A stretch of DNA of 64,000 bases from an uncultured Nitrososphaerota archaeon (GCA_963842885.1 CAWJIE010000003.1:420253-484252); one strand, 5' to 3'; shown: positions 17,200-26,786, counted from the stretch's first letter. Numbers and translations: made by a program. The notes: a model not told the origin generated them from the sequence alone.

Positions 17200-17538
17200 C
17201 TACTGTGTCTTCCCAGCAGGCTCGGCATCTGTCGATGCGGGAGCATCCGCCGGTTGCGATGTCGTGTTTGTCGCGGGGGAAACGATCTCGGCGCTAGCGT
17301 ACCTGTTCGATACGTTAGTGATCTTAACCCTCAGCTTCTGTCCGGTCTTCGCGCCGACAACAAAGATGATGAATCCCTGTATCTTTGCGATACCGTCACC
17401 GCGTCTCGAGATCTCAGTGATCTCGACGTCGTACTCCTCGCCAGCCTTGACTGGCTTTGGAGCGAAACTGCTTGGGCCACCGAAGCTACCGTAGCTCCGC
17501 CTGGCACCGTATCCGCCGCTGCGATTTCCGTAACTCAT
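17200..17538 (-). CDS. TRAM domain protein
   Basis: 112 aa. A Gly/Ser/Arg-rich N-terminus is followed by PVKAGEEYDVEITEISRRGDGIAKIQGFIIFVVGAKTGQKLRVKITNVSNRYASAEIV, the typical archaeal stand-alone TRAM fold. Confidence 0.85.
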   Translation of the reverse strand: MSYGNRSGGYGARRSYGSFGGPSSFAPKPVKAGEEYDVEITEISRRGDGIAKIQGFIIFVVGAKTGQKLRVKITNVSNRYASAEIVSPATNTTSQPADAPASTDAEPAGKTQ

Positions 17539-17695
17539 GTCGTATTCGTCACTAGGCGCTTATTGGCTGGTTATATTAAGCTGTTGGCTCCTCCCCTCCT
17601 TTCCTGTAAGGCAATCGGCCGACGGCGGCCCGCCTGACGGAACTCCAACTATACACCCTTATGGCAGGACATCCGACCAGCTGACGAGGTTCCTG

Positions 17696-18166
17696 TTGGC
17701 GGACCCTGCTCCCAGAGATTCCACTTCGTCGCCTACACCGGGCAGGAACGTCTGCTTTGAACACAGATGCATAAGCTGCTGCCAGGGGACGGCCATGGCC
17801 CTCTCCGAAGAAGACATGCGAAGGATAGAGTCGCTGGGTTACAAGGAGGAGTCCTTCGCGGTCGAATCGAAGGGGCTTGTAATCTTGAAGAACGCGCATC
17901 ATCGGTGCGTCTTCCACGATGGCACCCGTTGCACCATCTACGAAGCGAGGCCCAAGGGATGCAGGCTCTATCCGGTGGCTTTCGCTGAATACTCGGGACG
18001 CGCTACGATGGACCACTTGTGCCCGTTCTGGAGTGAGTTCTCTTGCACGCCTGAATCCGGCCGCGCATCAAGGGACCTACACCGTCTACTGATCGAGGAG
18101 GCCAGGCAACGGAAGAGGTCTCGCCTGCCGAAGTCTAAGGGCGGTCACGACCGAGGGAATCGCTGA
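17696..18166 (+). CDS. YkgJ-family (UPF0153) cysteine-cluster protein
   Basis: CFEHRCISCC....LSEEDMRRIE...HRCVFHDG.RCTIYEARPKGCRLYP matches the CxxCxxCC...C.IY..RP..CR.YP pattern. The ORF-track start at 17537 would overlap the divergent TRAM start, so the in-frame TTG at 17696 is proposed. The start is uncertain. Confidence 0.55.
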   Translation: MADPAPRDSTSSPTPGRNVCFEHRCISCCQGTAMALSEEDMRRIESLGYKEESFAVESKGLVILKNAHHRCVFHDGTRCTIYEARPKGCRLYPVAFAEYSGRATMDHLCPFWSEFSCTPESGRASRDLHRLLIEEARQRKRSRLPKSKGGHDRGNR

Positions 18167-18179
18167 GCCAGGCAGTCCG

Positions 18180-18574
18180 CTAGCGCCTGTATTCGCCCTC
18201 TATGTAGTAGAGGAATGAGCCCCTATAGTGGAAGGAGCCTCCAGAGCCGTCCAGAGGGTAGACCACTAGCTCTTCCCCGACCACCTCAATTCGTAGAGAT
18301 GTAGGTTGTGCTCGAACTTCCCGTACGGCGTCACGACGTGTACGGCCTTCGCCAGCCTTGGCGATCCGACGAGGTTGTCCGAGAAGTCGGAAGTCTCTTG
18401 TGAACCGCTCATGTATTCCCTCCACTTCGGGCATGAGGCCGGCTGGTCCGAGCAGTATGGAGATCCATCCTTGTAGAAAGCGCACTGCAGGAAGTATGAG
18501 CAGCGCAGGGTCCTCTCCGGGGCGCTCTCGGGTTCTCTCCTCTCGACGAACCTCTGTTTACCGCTTGGAGCCAA
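18180..18574 (-). CDS. Hypothetical Cys-rich protein, possibly frame-disrupted near 18266-18300
   Basis: ORF 18266..18574 reads CSYFLQCAFYKDGSPYCSDQPASCPKW...VTPYGKFEHNLHLYE. The overlapping frame 18180..18485 ends with a protein-like IEVVGEELVVYPLDGSGGSFHYRGSFLYYIEGEYRR. There is no homology anchor, so the join is a guess. Confidence 0.35.
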
Positions 18575-18748
18575 ATGATCTCAGCAGTGCAAGCAAGCAT
18601 GCAAATGGTATTTTACGTTCGATGTATTCTAACGTTGCATCTGTGCGCAAAAACTATTGACATGTCGAACCTTTCACGAATGGCTATGGAGCTACCCGCT
18701 CGCAACTTGCAGAAGAATATCAAGAATCTGCCGGTGAACCAATGATTC

Positions 18749-20017
18749 CTAAGCTGTGTCGGACTTCAGGCGCTTGACTATCTCCACTACCTTGTCATAG
18801 GTGACCCTGGGCTCCTTCTCGATCTCCTCGACCACCTTCGGTATCAGGTCCACGGGGGCGCCGGCCATGACAGCAAGGTTCCTGGCGTGGAGCCTCATGT
18901 GCCCCCTGCTGATGCCTTCCGTGGCCAGGACGCGCAGGGCGGCCAGGTTCTGCGCAAGGCCGACGGAGGCCATCACGCACGCCAACTCCTGGGCAGTCTT
19001 GACCCCCAACATCCTGATGGCTGCCTTCGCGACGGGATGGGTGGAGGTGGCTCCGCCTAGGATGCCCGACGCTATGGGAAGCTCGATGCTGCCGACGATG
19101 TCGCCGTCGGCGTTCTTCTCGTACTTGGTGAGAGAGGAGTAGTGACCGCTCCTGGCTGCATAGGCGTGGGCGCCTGACTCTATGGCGCGCGTGTCGTTGC
19201 CCGTTGCGAGAGCCACCGAGGATATGCCGTTCATTATGCCCTTGTTGTGGGTGGCGCATCGGAAGGGGTCGGCCTCGGCGAAGGCGTATGCGTCAAGTAT
19301 TCCCTCGACGACGTCAGGACCTCCCAGGTCATCCTTGCCGAATGTTGCCCAAGATCTGGCCAGCCTCTTCGTGGCCAAATTGGAGAGGATCCTGAGCCTC
19401 ACCCTCCCGCCGATCAGGCTCTCGATGAGGGGTGCGACAGTCTCGGCCATGGTGTTGACGGTGTTGGCTCCCATCGCGTCCCTGCAGTCGGCCGTAATCT
19501 CAGTTATCACCATCTTCCCGCGGCTGGTATCTATGACGCGCGCATCGAGGTCCACGGCTCCGCCTCCCACCTTGACCAGCGTCGGGTTCGTCTCGTTGCT
19601 GATTTCGAGTATCTTGTCGGCATGGGCCAGGACCTTATGCACGGCGGCGTAGGGGTCGGCGACGCCGACCGATTGTATCTGGGCGACCATGAGGGGCCTG
19701 CTTGCGACGGCGTGGAAGCCTCCCTTGGCCCTTGTCATCTTCGCCGCGTTGGAGGCGGCCGCGATGACGCTGGGCTCCTCGATGGCCATCGGCACGGCAT
19801 ACTCCTTTCCGTTGATCATGAAGTTGGTGGCTACGCCAAGAGGCAGCTGAATGGCGCCTATCACGTTCTCAATCATTCGGTCGGCGACGTCTCTCTTCAA
19901 AGCTGTCATGGAGAAGATGGAGTCGGCTTCATCGTCGGTGATCCCAGTCATCTCCTTCACCCGCCGAATCCTTTCACCCATTTCAAGCTTGTAGAGGCCA
20001 GAAAGCGAAGAGCTCAT
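18749..20017 (-). CDS. hmgA: HMG-CoA reductase, class II type
   Basis: 422 aa with ENVIGAIQLPLG, EEPSVIAAASNAAK, DAMGANTVN, ATHNKGIMNGI and TGNDTRAIESGAHAYAA. This motif set resembles the Pseudomonas mevalonii-type class II enzymes. Confidence 0.92.
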   Translation of the reverse strand: MSSSLSGLYKLEMGERIRRVKEMTGITDDEADSIFSMTALKRDVADRMIENVIGAIQLPLGVATNFMINGKEYAVPMAIEEPSVIAAASNAAKMTRAKGGFHAVASRPLMVAQIQSVGVADPYAAVHKVLAHADKILEISNETNPTLVKVGGGAVDLDARVIDTSRGKMVITEITADCRDAMGANTVNTMAETVAPLIESLIGGRVRLRILSNLATKRLARSWATFGKDDLGGPDVVEGILDAYAFAEADPFRCATHNKGIMNGISSVALATGNDTRAIESGAHAYAARSGHYSSLTKYEKNADGDIVGSIELPIASGILGGATSTHPVAKAAIRMLGVKTAQELACVMASVGLAQNLAALRVLATEGISRGHMRLHARNLAVMAGAPVDLIPKVVEEIEKEPRVTYDKVVEIVKRLKSDTA

Positions 20018-20113
20018 TCGAAGTGTCGTTTAACCATACGTCAGTGGCGAGTACATAAACCATGTGAGAAGAGCGCCAATCGTTCGTCAGTCGATGGGTC
20101 ATGGCCGAAAAGG

Positions 20114-20120
20114 TTTAAAT
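20114..20120 (+). promoter_or_regulatory. TATA box upstream of the tRNA at 20149
   Basis: TTTAAAT lies about 30 nt upstream of the first tRNA base. Confidence 0.5.
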
Positions 20121-20148
20121 CGTTTCTCAAGAGGAGCTTAACGAAGAA

Positions 20149-20246
20149 GGGCCGGTCGTCTAGCCTGGTCTTGGACGTCGCTCTGACTCGCGTTGTCGAC
20201 GCGCAGAAGACGGCGAAGATCACAGGTTCAAATCCTGTCCGGCCCA
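20149..20246 (+). tRNA. Intron-containing tRNA, most likely Val(GAC)
   Basis: Hand-folded cloverleaf:
- acceptor GGGCCGG / CCGGCCC, discriminator A
- D arm GUCU-AGCCUGGUCUU-GGAC
- anticodon stem UCGCU / GGCGA
- T arm ACAGG-UUCAAAU-CCUGU
There are 29 nt between the anticodon-stem strands. Removing 20188..20209 (22 nt) leaves the loop CUGACAC. The intron contains a CGCGU/ACGCG helix. Confidence 0.8.
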
Positions 20247-20528
20247 TTGCAGGTCATATCCAGTGCGTGCCCTGATTCCGAACTTCAAGACCTCAAGTTG
20301 AGTCGCCTTGGAACCGCCCTCAGCCTTGCTGGCGTCTTCTCCTCCCTGATTAGGGAATCCAGGATATTGGAGGTCCGAGTGTGATGCTGAAAACAGAAAG
20401 ATGCATCTCCGAGTGTTCGCCTATCGGATGCTGCCGGCAAAGAACCTCACGGATTGACGTCCCAGATCCCCATACTAGCTGGCTGCCTTAATCGGCCTCT
20501 TCCTTGAGCCTAGTTCGAAAGGAATCAT

Positions 20529-21041
20529 CTAGGGAGGAACTTCCACGGCGACCTCATTCCTACGCAAGAACCAAGGGGTGAAGGGAGCGTTGTACCTCAT
20601 GGAGAACACCTCGCCTCTGATTCCAATCCCCGCATTCTGCAGCTCACCCAGCATTTCCTTGGATCTGGCATCGAAGACACCCTTGCTCCATCTTCCGGAG
20701 AACCTGAGGACGGCCAAATTCCTGGCAGGGATCTCCACAATCTTGACGCGCTCATCAACGGGCACGGGCGTTGTCTCGACTGTGTAGGATTCAGGCATGA
20801 CGAAGGCTATCGATCCTCCGCCCGAGAGGACCGGCGCGGTCATCGGAATCTTCTCCGAAAGGACAGGAGCGGTCATTGCGACCTTTGCCTTCTGGCTGTT
20901 CTCGCCGGTGATGAACCTGAACAGCAGGTTGAAGCCACCGTCTCCGTAACCGTCCACCCTGGCAATTACCATTCGCGGGTAACTTCTGATTTCCACCTTC
21001 CCTAGCTTCTTCACGACTCTGTAGCCCAGTGTCTCTACCAT
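20529..21041 (-). CDS. SOUL heme-binding family protein
   Basis: 170 aa. Y.V.KKLGKVEIRSYP...FNLLFRFITGEN....KVAMTAPV...IPMTAPV....FVMP..Y....P.P.D..V.I.EIP....AVLRFSG...PFTPWFLRRNEV fits the SOUL/HEBP pattern. Confidence 0.8.
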   Translation of the reverse strand: MVETLGYRVVKKLGKVEIRSYPRMVIARVDGYGDGGFNLLFRFITGENSQKAKVAMTAPVLSEKIPMTAPVLSGGGSIAFVMPESYTVETTPVPVDERVKIVEIPARNLAVLRFSGRWSKGVFDARSKEMLGELQNAGIGIRGEVFSMRYNAPFTPWFLRRNEVAVEVPP

Positions 21042-21188
21042 TTGGAATCGCGATGGCCAATCTGAATGTTCGGCACCATATAATCTCGCTGAATTATCCG
21101 TAGCTTCGGCGCCCTTGCAGGCTGGCTCGCGGGCATGGGAATCCTTAGATATTCATCCCAGCATGTTCGGTCTTGAGGAAGCTGACTG

Positions 21189-21977
21189 ATGTCTCTAAAG
21201 AGAGGTGTTTCGGCTCTGCAGATGGGCAATGCTTTAGCGTTTGTCGCGGTGGTCGTCGTTAACGCCCTGGCGGGCGGCACCAAGCTGTTGAATGGTAGGA
21301 ACACCGCTGACGTGTCCGCTGCCTATCCGACGCTTATCACACCGGCTGGTTTCACCTTCTCAATCTGGGGCGTAATCTACGTGCTGCTGTTCGCCTTCAT
21401 CTTCTTCCAACTGGTGCCGCGGCACAGGGAGGACTCGTTCAATGGGCGGGTAAGCTACTTGTTCATACTGAGCAGCGTGTTCAACATCGCGTGGCTGTTC
21501 CTTTGGCAGTACGACTACATCGTGGCGTCAGTCCCACTGATCTTTGGGCTGTTGGCGTCGTTGATTGCCATCTATCTCCGTTTGGATGTGGGCAGGTCGA
21601 AGGCGCCTCGCGGCGAGAAGATCTGGGTCCATCTGCCGTTCAGCGTCTACCTTGGCTGGATTACGATAGCTTCCATTGCGGATGTCTCGTCCGCCCTAGT
21701 TTCATTGAATTGGGGTGGTTGGGGGATCGCTCCAGCCGCTTGGGCTGAGCTCGTCATCGTCGTAGCACTAATCATCACACTTGCGGTGTTGGGCACCAGG
21801 AGAGACATTGCCTATGGCCTGGTCGTCGTCTGGGCTCTTGCAGGGATAACGGCGAACCAGGGCGGGCATCCCCAAGTGGCCTTGGCCACAGAGGCTTCCG
21901 CAGCCATCGTAGCTGCAGCGATTCTGGTCGTCGCTTTCATTAGATTCGCCCGGGGTCCTACGAAGCCATCGGTATAG
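21189..21977 (+). CDS. Multi-pass membrane protein, TspO/MBR-related (tentative)
   Basis: 262 aa with about 7 hydrophobic segments. The N-terminal pattern NALAGG...SAAYPTLITPAGFTFSIWGVIYVLL resembles proteins commonly annotated as tryptophan-rich sensory protein-like. Confidence 0.5.
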   Translation: MSLKRGVSALQMGNALAFVAVVVVNALAGGTKLLNGRNTADVSAAYPTLITPAGFTFSIWGVIYVLLFAFIFFQLVPRHREDSFNGRVSYLFILSSVFNIAWLFLWQYDYIVASVPLIFGLLASLIAIYLRLDVGRSKAPRGEKIWVHLPFSVYLGWITIASIADVSSALVSLNWGGWGIAPAAWAELVIVVALIITLAVLGTRRDIAYGLVVVWALAGITANQGGHPQVALATEASAAIVAAAILVVAFIRFARGPTKPSV

Positions 21978-22135
21978 GGCGGAGGACGGGGCCCCTACAT
22001 CACCAATCCGTCGCGGTAGTTCAGCCCGCTGCTGCGCTGGAATGATCCTGCCGCGTAGCGTAGAGGATGACCGGCGCGATCGCCACGGCGATGGATGAAG
22101 GCCAGAAGAGCCCGTCGGCGCGCCGACGACGCTTT

Positions 22136-22696
22136 CTACTTCTTCCTCTGGGCCAACAGGTAACCCAGTCCGCCAAGGATGGCGCCTGCCACAGCCATCA
22201 CTATGAAGTAGCCGACCGGGTTTATCAGCTGGCTGAGTATCTGAACGTGTATCTGTCCCGTCGTGAGGCCTCCGCCTCCGCTCGAAACCGGGGCTTGGGC
22301 CACTCCAGCCGTGTAGCCCCCCCACATGAGCAGGAAGCAGGCTCCGGCGACCCCTACGTTCATCAGTATTATGTGAGCCCAAGCCAGATAGGAGGTTAAC
22401 TCGCTGTAAACCTTGCCCAGGACAGATTCGATGTAGAAGTAGAAGATCGCCGTAACGGCGACCGCCACTACTCCGACCAGAACATATGACATGTAGCCGA
22501 CGAAGAACCATGTGCCAGCTCCCCCTCCCGAGATGACCTTGGAAGGGCCATAGGTCAGGTACGGATCGATTATGAAGAGCGTCCACAGCACCGCAAGGAA
22601 ACCCTGTAAGATAGAGGCCCAGATGAACCTCCCAGCCCATTTACCACGCACTAAAGTTGAAGCCGCCATGTCCCTGTCGCGGCTGAAGCGACTCAT
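22136..22696 (-). CDS. Hypothetical membrane protein (4-5 TM segments)
   Basis: 186-aa ORF with long hydrophobic stretches and Gly-rich loops. No motif was recognised. Confidence 0.5.
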   Translation of the reverse strand: MSRFSRDRDMAASTLVRGKWAGRFIWASILQGFLAVLWTLFIIDPYLTYGPSKVISGGGAGTWFFVGYMSYVLVGVVAVAVTAIFYFYIESVLGKVYSELTSYLAWAHIILMNVGVAGACFLLMWGGYTAGVAQAPVSSGGGGLTTGQIHVQILSQLINPVGYFIVMAVAGAILGGLGYLLAQRKK

Positions 22697-22827
22697 TTCA
22701 TATAAAAGCTACACACCAAATCCAACCCTACCTCCGACGGAAGACGGTCCGGACAGATCTTGATCGGGCACCCTGGCTTGAAAAAGTAGAAATAGACGGC
22801 GTCCACCGAAGTCTCGGCTGAACGAAG

Positions 22828-23409
22828 ATGGAGGAGAGAGATCGACGAATCCTCGAATGCCTAGCAGACAGGAAGACGGCGGCCTCGGCGGAGATCGCGG
22901 CCTCCCTGGGCATGGACCTGAAGAGCGTCAACGAGAGCTTCAACGTCCTGTACGCCGCGGGTCTCCTGCAGTTCGCTGACAGGACGGGGTTCCTGAGCAG
23001 CAGGAACGAGTTCATACTGGCTAGGATAACCGAACAGGGGATATTGGCTGCGCATCAGAGCCGCACCCAGTCCGGGGCCCCTCCTGGCGGTCAAGGCGGA
23101 ACACGCCCGGCCGCGGGGGAAGGGAACGTCGCCGCCGGAGCTGACCAGGTGCAGGCTACCCTGCAGAGAAACGCAGGCGACTTCCTCGGAGATATCTTGA
23201 GCCTGATTGATTCGAGGCCTGACATCAGTGACTACGAAAGAGGCGACCTGAAGAAGAAGGTGGAGGACCTCGGGGAGGCCATTTCAAAGGAGGATAAAGC
23301 GAAAGCGGACCAGATTCAGAGCTGGATGTCGAAGTACGCCCCTTGGATCGCCTCTTCTCTTGCGACCCCTGAGGCCCAGGAAGCCATCAAGAAAGCAGTC
23401 AGTCCCTAG
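22828..23409 (+). CDS. Winged-helix DNA-binding protein with a low-complexity linker and helical C-terminal domain
   Basis: The N-terminus RRILECLADRKTAASAEIAASLGMDLKSVNESFNVLYAAGLLQF is MarR/ArsR-like wHTH. The remainder is unassigned. Confidence 0.5.
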   Translation: MEERDRRILECLADRKTAASAEIAASLGMDLKSVNESFNVLYAAGLLQFADRTGFLSSRNEFILARITEQGILAAHQSRTQSGAPPGGQGGTRPAAGEGNVAAGADQVQATLQRNAGDFLGDILSLIDSRPDISDYERGDLKKKVEDLGEAISKEDKAKADQIQSWMSKYAPWIASSLATPEAQEAIKKAVSP

Positions 23410-23483
23410 GGTCGAGGCTAATCAGGCTTCCATAGTTCTCTGCGCGTAGCTCTGTCCAGCCTCCTTCACAAGGGCGGCCGGCT

Positions 23484-23894
23484 CTAGCTCTGTTGCCCAC
23501 TGGCTGTTGGATGGTCTCCGCTGCCCCCGGGCTTGGGCTTCTTGATCACCATCTTCAGCTTCGCGTCCGTCGGGGGGTACATCTGGGTCTGGGACAGTCT
23601 CAGCTGATAGGTCCCGGCGACATCAACGGGGTACACGAAATGCAGCTTGGAAGAAGGCGGAGGGCTCAGGACAGGCTCATGGACCGCGCCGCTGGGATCC
23701 TTCCTGAAGAGGTGCGCCATTACGTTCACGACCGACGAGGCCGACACCTCCAGGACCATCCCGGGCTGAAGCTCCTCCGGCACCCTCATGATATAGGAGG
23801 ACTGCCAGGCTGGCGGACGCGGAGGCACCACTTGCATTAGTTTCACCAATTGCTCGTAGACTACTTCTTCGTACTCGACTGGAGCGGCTGCCAA
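23484..23894 (-). CDS. Hypothetical protein
   Basis: 136-aa ORF co-directional with the upstream surface-protein operon. No motif was recognised. Confidence 0.35.
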   Translation of the reverse strand: MAAAPVEYEEVVYEQLVKLMQVVPPRPPAWQSSYIMRVPEELQPGMVLEVSASSVVNVMAHLFRKDPSGAVHEPVLSPPPSSKLHFVYPVDVAGTYQLRLSQTQMYPPTDAKLKMVIKKPKPGGSGDHPTASGQQS

Positions 23895-23975
23895 TGACCC
23901 TAACCCCTCAGACTTCGCCTGGCTTGCGAGGAATATTAGGCTTTCGACGAGCTTCCCTGCGCCCCACGGAAGCGA

Positions 23976-25973
23976 TCAGAACCGCCAAGAGAGCCACCCC
24001 TGCCGACACAGCGACCCCGATGGGGAACCAGTCGGTCGTTCAGGTGGTTCGCGTCCGCGGGGGGAAGGGAGGCCCCCGCCGACCCGCTGGTGCGTCACTT
24101 CTGCCAACGTCGTCCTATTCTTGGGTGCTAATTGCCACCAAGAGGACGCATATATCTTCAAAGCTTCGGTCAAGCGACCAAGCGTGCTGTCCTCCTTCGT
24201 CTGGAGCATGACGAAGGCACCGGATGCGACGATCAAGGCAGCCGCCACGATCACGACGATGTCGAGCACGTTGATCGCGAAGGAGCCCTGAACGCTCATG
24301 GGCGAGCTCACTGGTATGGGTTGAGGTCCAGTTCCGCTCAGTGCCCCAGACCAGCCTTCGAACGAATACAGGAAAGAGGGGGCCGGCGCGAGGGACACCG
24401 TGGCGCCGCTCGGGACGTAGATCGTCCCGTTCGTGCCAGATGCGACGGATCCGGATGTGGAACCATAGGTGTAGCTCACCGATCCCCCATCACTGGCCGC
24501 GATGGTCAGGCCGGGGTAGAACTCGGCGACCTCCGTGATGGGCGAGGAAACCGTCAAGGAAGCGCTACCACCAGTCCCCGTGTAGGAGCCCGTCCCCGTG
24601 TAGGAGCCCGTCCCCGTGCCCTCCCATCCGGCTAACTCCCATCCTGGGGATGGTAAGGCGGTGAGGGTGAGCGGAGCGCCCACGCCGTACCAGCCGCCCG
24701 AAGAAGAGACACTCCCCCCATCCGAGGAACTTGGCGCGACGGTGACCGAGAACTGTTGGTAATAGGTGACGGAGATGAGCGTTGAAGACGAGACCGTCCC
24801 AGCAGCTGAGCTGTTGTCCGCCATCCACCGCACTGTAGAGTTTGAGCCTACTAGAGGGTTGGTCACGGACCACGATTGACCGGAGTCCACCCAGGAGTCC
24901 ACGGGAGAGCCTGTGAGCGTCGCAGAGAAGGAGCCGCCGAACTGTTCCGCCGTCAATGTCGGAGAGGAGGGGCTCCCTCCACCGGCCAAAGCATATTCCA
25001 GCTTGAAATCGTATTGGTGATAGAAGTTAATCGTCAGGTTCGCTCTTGGAGAGGCATTCCCGACTGAACTCGGCGTCATCCACCTTTCGGAGGCTCCGGA
25101 GCCGCCCAACAGACCAGTGACCGACCACGACGAGCCAACATCGAGCCAGAGGGACTGGGGCGCTTGGTTCAAGCTGACAGATGAAGAGGTGCCGAGGCTC
25201 ACGTAGGTCAGCTGGGGTGGCGACGGTGTCCCCTCGCCAACCACCGAGTAGGAAAAGGAGCCCTCGAACTGCTCGGTGAAATTGAGAACCACGGATGCCT
25301 GCGGAGAGTCGACGAGCAATACCCCCGAGGACTGGTTCGCGGCATATCTAGTCCCTTCCCCCACCGATGAAGGAGGCACGGTCCAATTGTATTGTCCGTA
25401 AGGCAGGTTTGCCTGAGCGACAAAAGAGCTCTGGCTCGAAGAGAAGCTCTGGCCGTTGAGGATGACTGACCAGGCCGTACCGCTGGGCAGGCCGTCTTCG
25501 GCGAATGAGACGGTCTCATTTCCTGGTTCTGTGATGGGCCTGTAGGTCACGAGGAATTGGACGGTATTGCTCGTCACCTCGGTCGTGTCCATGATAGACG
25601 TGACGGCGCGAAACACGCCATCCATGGGGATGTATAATTGGTACAAGTATCCCCCTGTATCGTTCGATTGCAACCTGAAGTTCGACCAGCTGCCGTCGGG
25701 CCAGGTGAGGGTGAGGAGGATGCCGGCTACACGTCCAGGTGTCAACACGCCTTCGAAGGTGATCGTATCGTAGACGTGAACCGAAGTGCTGTTGATGCCA
25801 AGGGTAAGGGTTTCGTTCGAAGGCTGAGCCTGCGGAGGTTTGGCGATCTCGGCCCGAGCGACCTGAGCGCGGATGGCGCCAAGGTTGGAGGCGAAGGGGC
25901 CCGGCTGGCCAAGGACGCCTCCGATCAGGAAGAGGGCGCTAGCCAACACCAAGTACCGATAGAAGGTATGCAA
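23976..25973 (-). CDS. Secreted, C-terminally membrane-anchored surface protein with repeated beta-rich modules
   Basis: 665 aa:
- N-terminal signal-like segment (YRYLVLASALFLIGGVLG)
- repeated modules of about 85-90 aa (F.Y.V.G.G.PS.P.LTY...G.......W.D.GS.WSV...L.GS...ERW...YY.Q[YF])
- a divergent InlB B-repeat-like module (GGSVSSSGGWYGVGAPLTLTALPSPGWELAGWEG)
- many N-x-S/T sites and a C-terminal TM helix (IVVIVAAALIVASGAFVML). Confidence 0.75.
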   Translation of the reverse strand: MHTFYRYLVLASALFLIGGVLGQPGPFASNLGAIRAQVARAEIAKPPQAQPSNETLTLGINSTSVHVYDTITFEGVLTPGRVAGILLTLTWPDGSWSNFRLQSNDTGGYLYQLYIPMDGVFRAVTSIMDTTEVTSNTVQFLVTYRPITEPGNETVSFAEDGLPSGTAWSVILNGQSFSSSQSSFVAQANLPYGQYNWTVPPSSVGEGTRYAANQSSGVLLVDSPQASVVLNFTEQFEGSFSYSVVGEGTPSPPQLTYVSLGTSSSVSLNQAPQSLWLDVGSSWSVTGLLGGSGASERWMTPSSVGNASPRANLTINFYHQYDFKLEYALAGGGSPSSPTLTAEQFGGSFSATLTGSPVDSWVDSGQSWSVTNPLVGSNSTVRWMADNSSAAGTVSSSTLISVTYYQQFSVTVAPSSSDGGSVSSSGGWYGVGAPLTLTALPSPGWELAGWEGTGTGSYTGTGSYTGTGGSASLTVSSPITEVAEFYPGLTIAASDGGSVSYTYGSTSGSVASGTNGTIYVPSGATVSLAPAPSFLYSFEGWSGALSGTGPQPIPVSSPMSVQGSFAINVLDIVVIVAAALIVASGAFVMLQTKEDSTLGRLTEALKIYASSWWQLAPKNRTTLAEVTHQRVGGGLPSPRGREPPERPTGSPSGSLCRQGWLSWRF

Positions 25974-26400
25974 GGATCACCACTTGGAAGTAGATTAGGC
26001 CGGCATAAAAACCCAGAAGGTAGAGCATGGAGGTCTTGGAGCCGCTGGCAGCTGCCACGTGCTGTTTGGTCGGGCACCCTCCGGCGAGGACTGAGAAGAG
26101 CCCGAAGCCTATTCCGCCTATGAAGATCAGTAACATCGTATCAAGCGTGAGGCCCGGGGTATTGAGCAGTGAGAGGAAGTTGCCTTCGTTAGGGCTGAAG
26201 GACTTCAGGACGACGAACCCAATAAGGGCACCCACGAACATCCCCAGGACCGTCTTCAGCAGGTAGGTGTCCTTGAAGAGGTAGAAGTCCCTGTAGCCGG
26301 AGATGGAGCAAGCCTTCGAGCGCTGCCACAAGTAGCCTATGATCCCGCCGGCGATCAGCGTCGCGACGTTGATCTCTAGTCCCGTGCTTTCACCCTCCAT
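25939..26400 (-). CDS. YeeE/YedE-family sulfur-compound transporter component (second half)
   Basis: 153 aa, 4 TM segments. Conserved Cys-containing motifs QRSKACSISGY and LAGGCPTKQH are typical of YeeE/YedE repeats. Confidence 0.7.
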   Translation of the reverse strand: MEGESTGLEINVATLIAGGIIGYLWQRSKACSISGYRDFYLFKDTYLLKTVLGMFVGALIGFVVLKSFSPNEGNFLSLLNTPGLTLDTMLLIFIGGIGFGLFSVLAGGCPTKQHVAAASGSKTSMLYLLGFYAGLIYFQVVILAYLLSVLGVG

Positions 26401-26786
26401 TTGACATAGCGGCAGGCGAGGACCACCCCTATGAGGATCCCGACCAGCCCGGGCACGGCCAGGAGGTTCCCGTACGCCAGCAACATGATCGCCCTGACCG
26501 AGCAGAAGCCCATGAGCATGCCGAAGTTGGCTACCGCGAAGCCGTATACCACAGGGGAGGCGCGGTCAGGGACCGACCTGAGCCGCAGCTCCTTCTTCTG
26601 GTATGCCGAGAGGGCCGCCCCGAACACGATGCCAACATAGGTCAGCACAGGGATGACGAGGGAGTAATTCGAGAGAAAGAAGTTGGTGCCGAAAAGCTTG
26701 TTGAAGACGAAGTCGATCATGTCCCTCGGGTGAGATATGCCGCAGATGCCGAAGGCCTCGGGGACGTCCATCGCCAGGATCCCCAC
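26376..26786 (-). CDS. YeeE/YedE-family sulfur-compound transporter component (first half)
   Basis: 136 aa from a GTG start. The frame stays open upstream to about 26870, so the true start may be earlier. Motifs FGICGISHP and MGFCSVRA are present. It overlaps the next gene by 25 nt. Confidence 0.65.
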   Translation of the reverse strand: MGILAMDVPEAFGICGISHPRDMIDFVFNKLFGTNFFLSNYSLVIPVLTYVGIVFGAALSAYQKKELRLRSVPDRASPVVYGFAVANFGMLMGFCSVRAIMLLAYGNLLAVPGLVGILIGVVLACRYVKWRVKARD

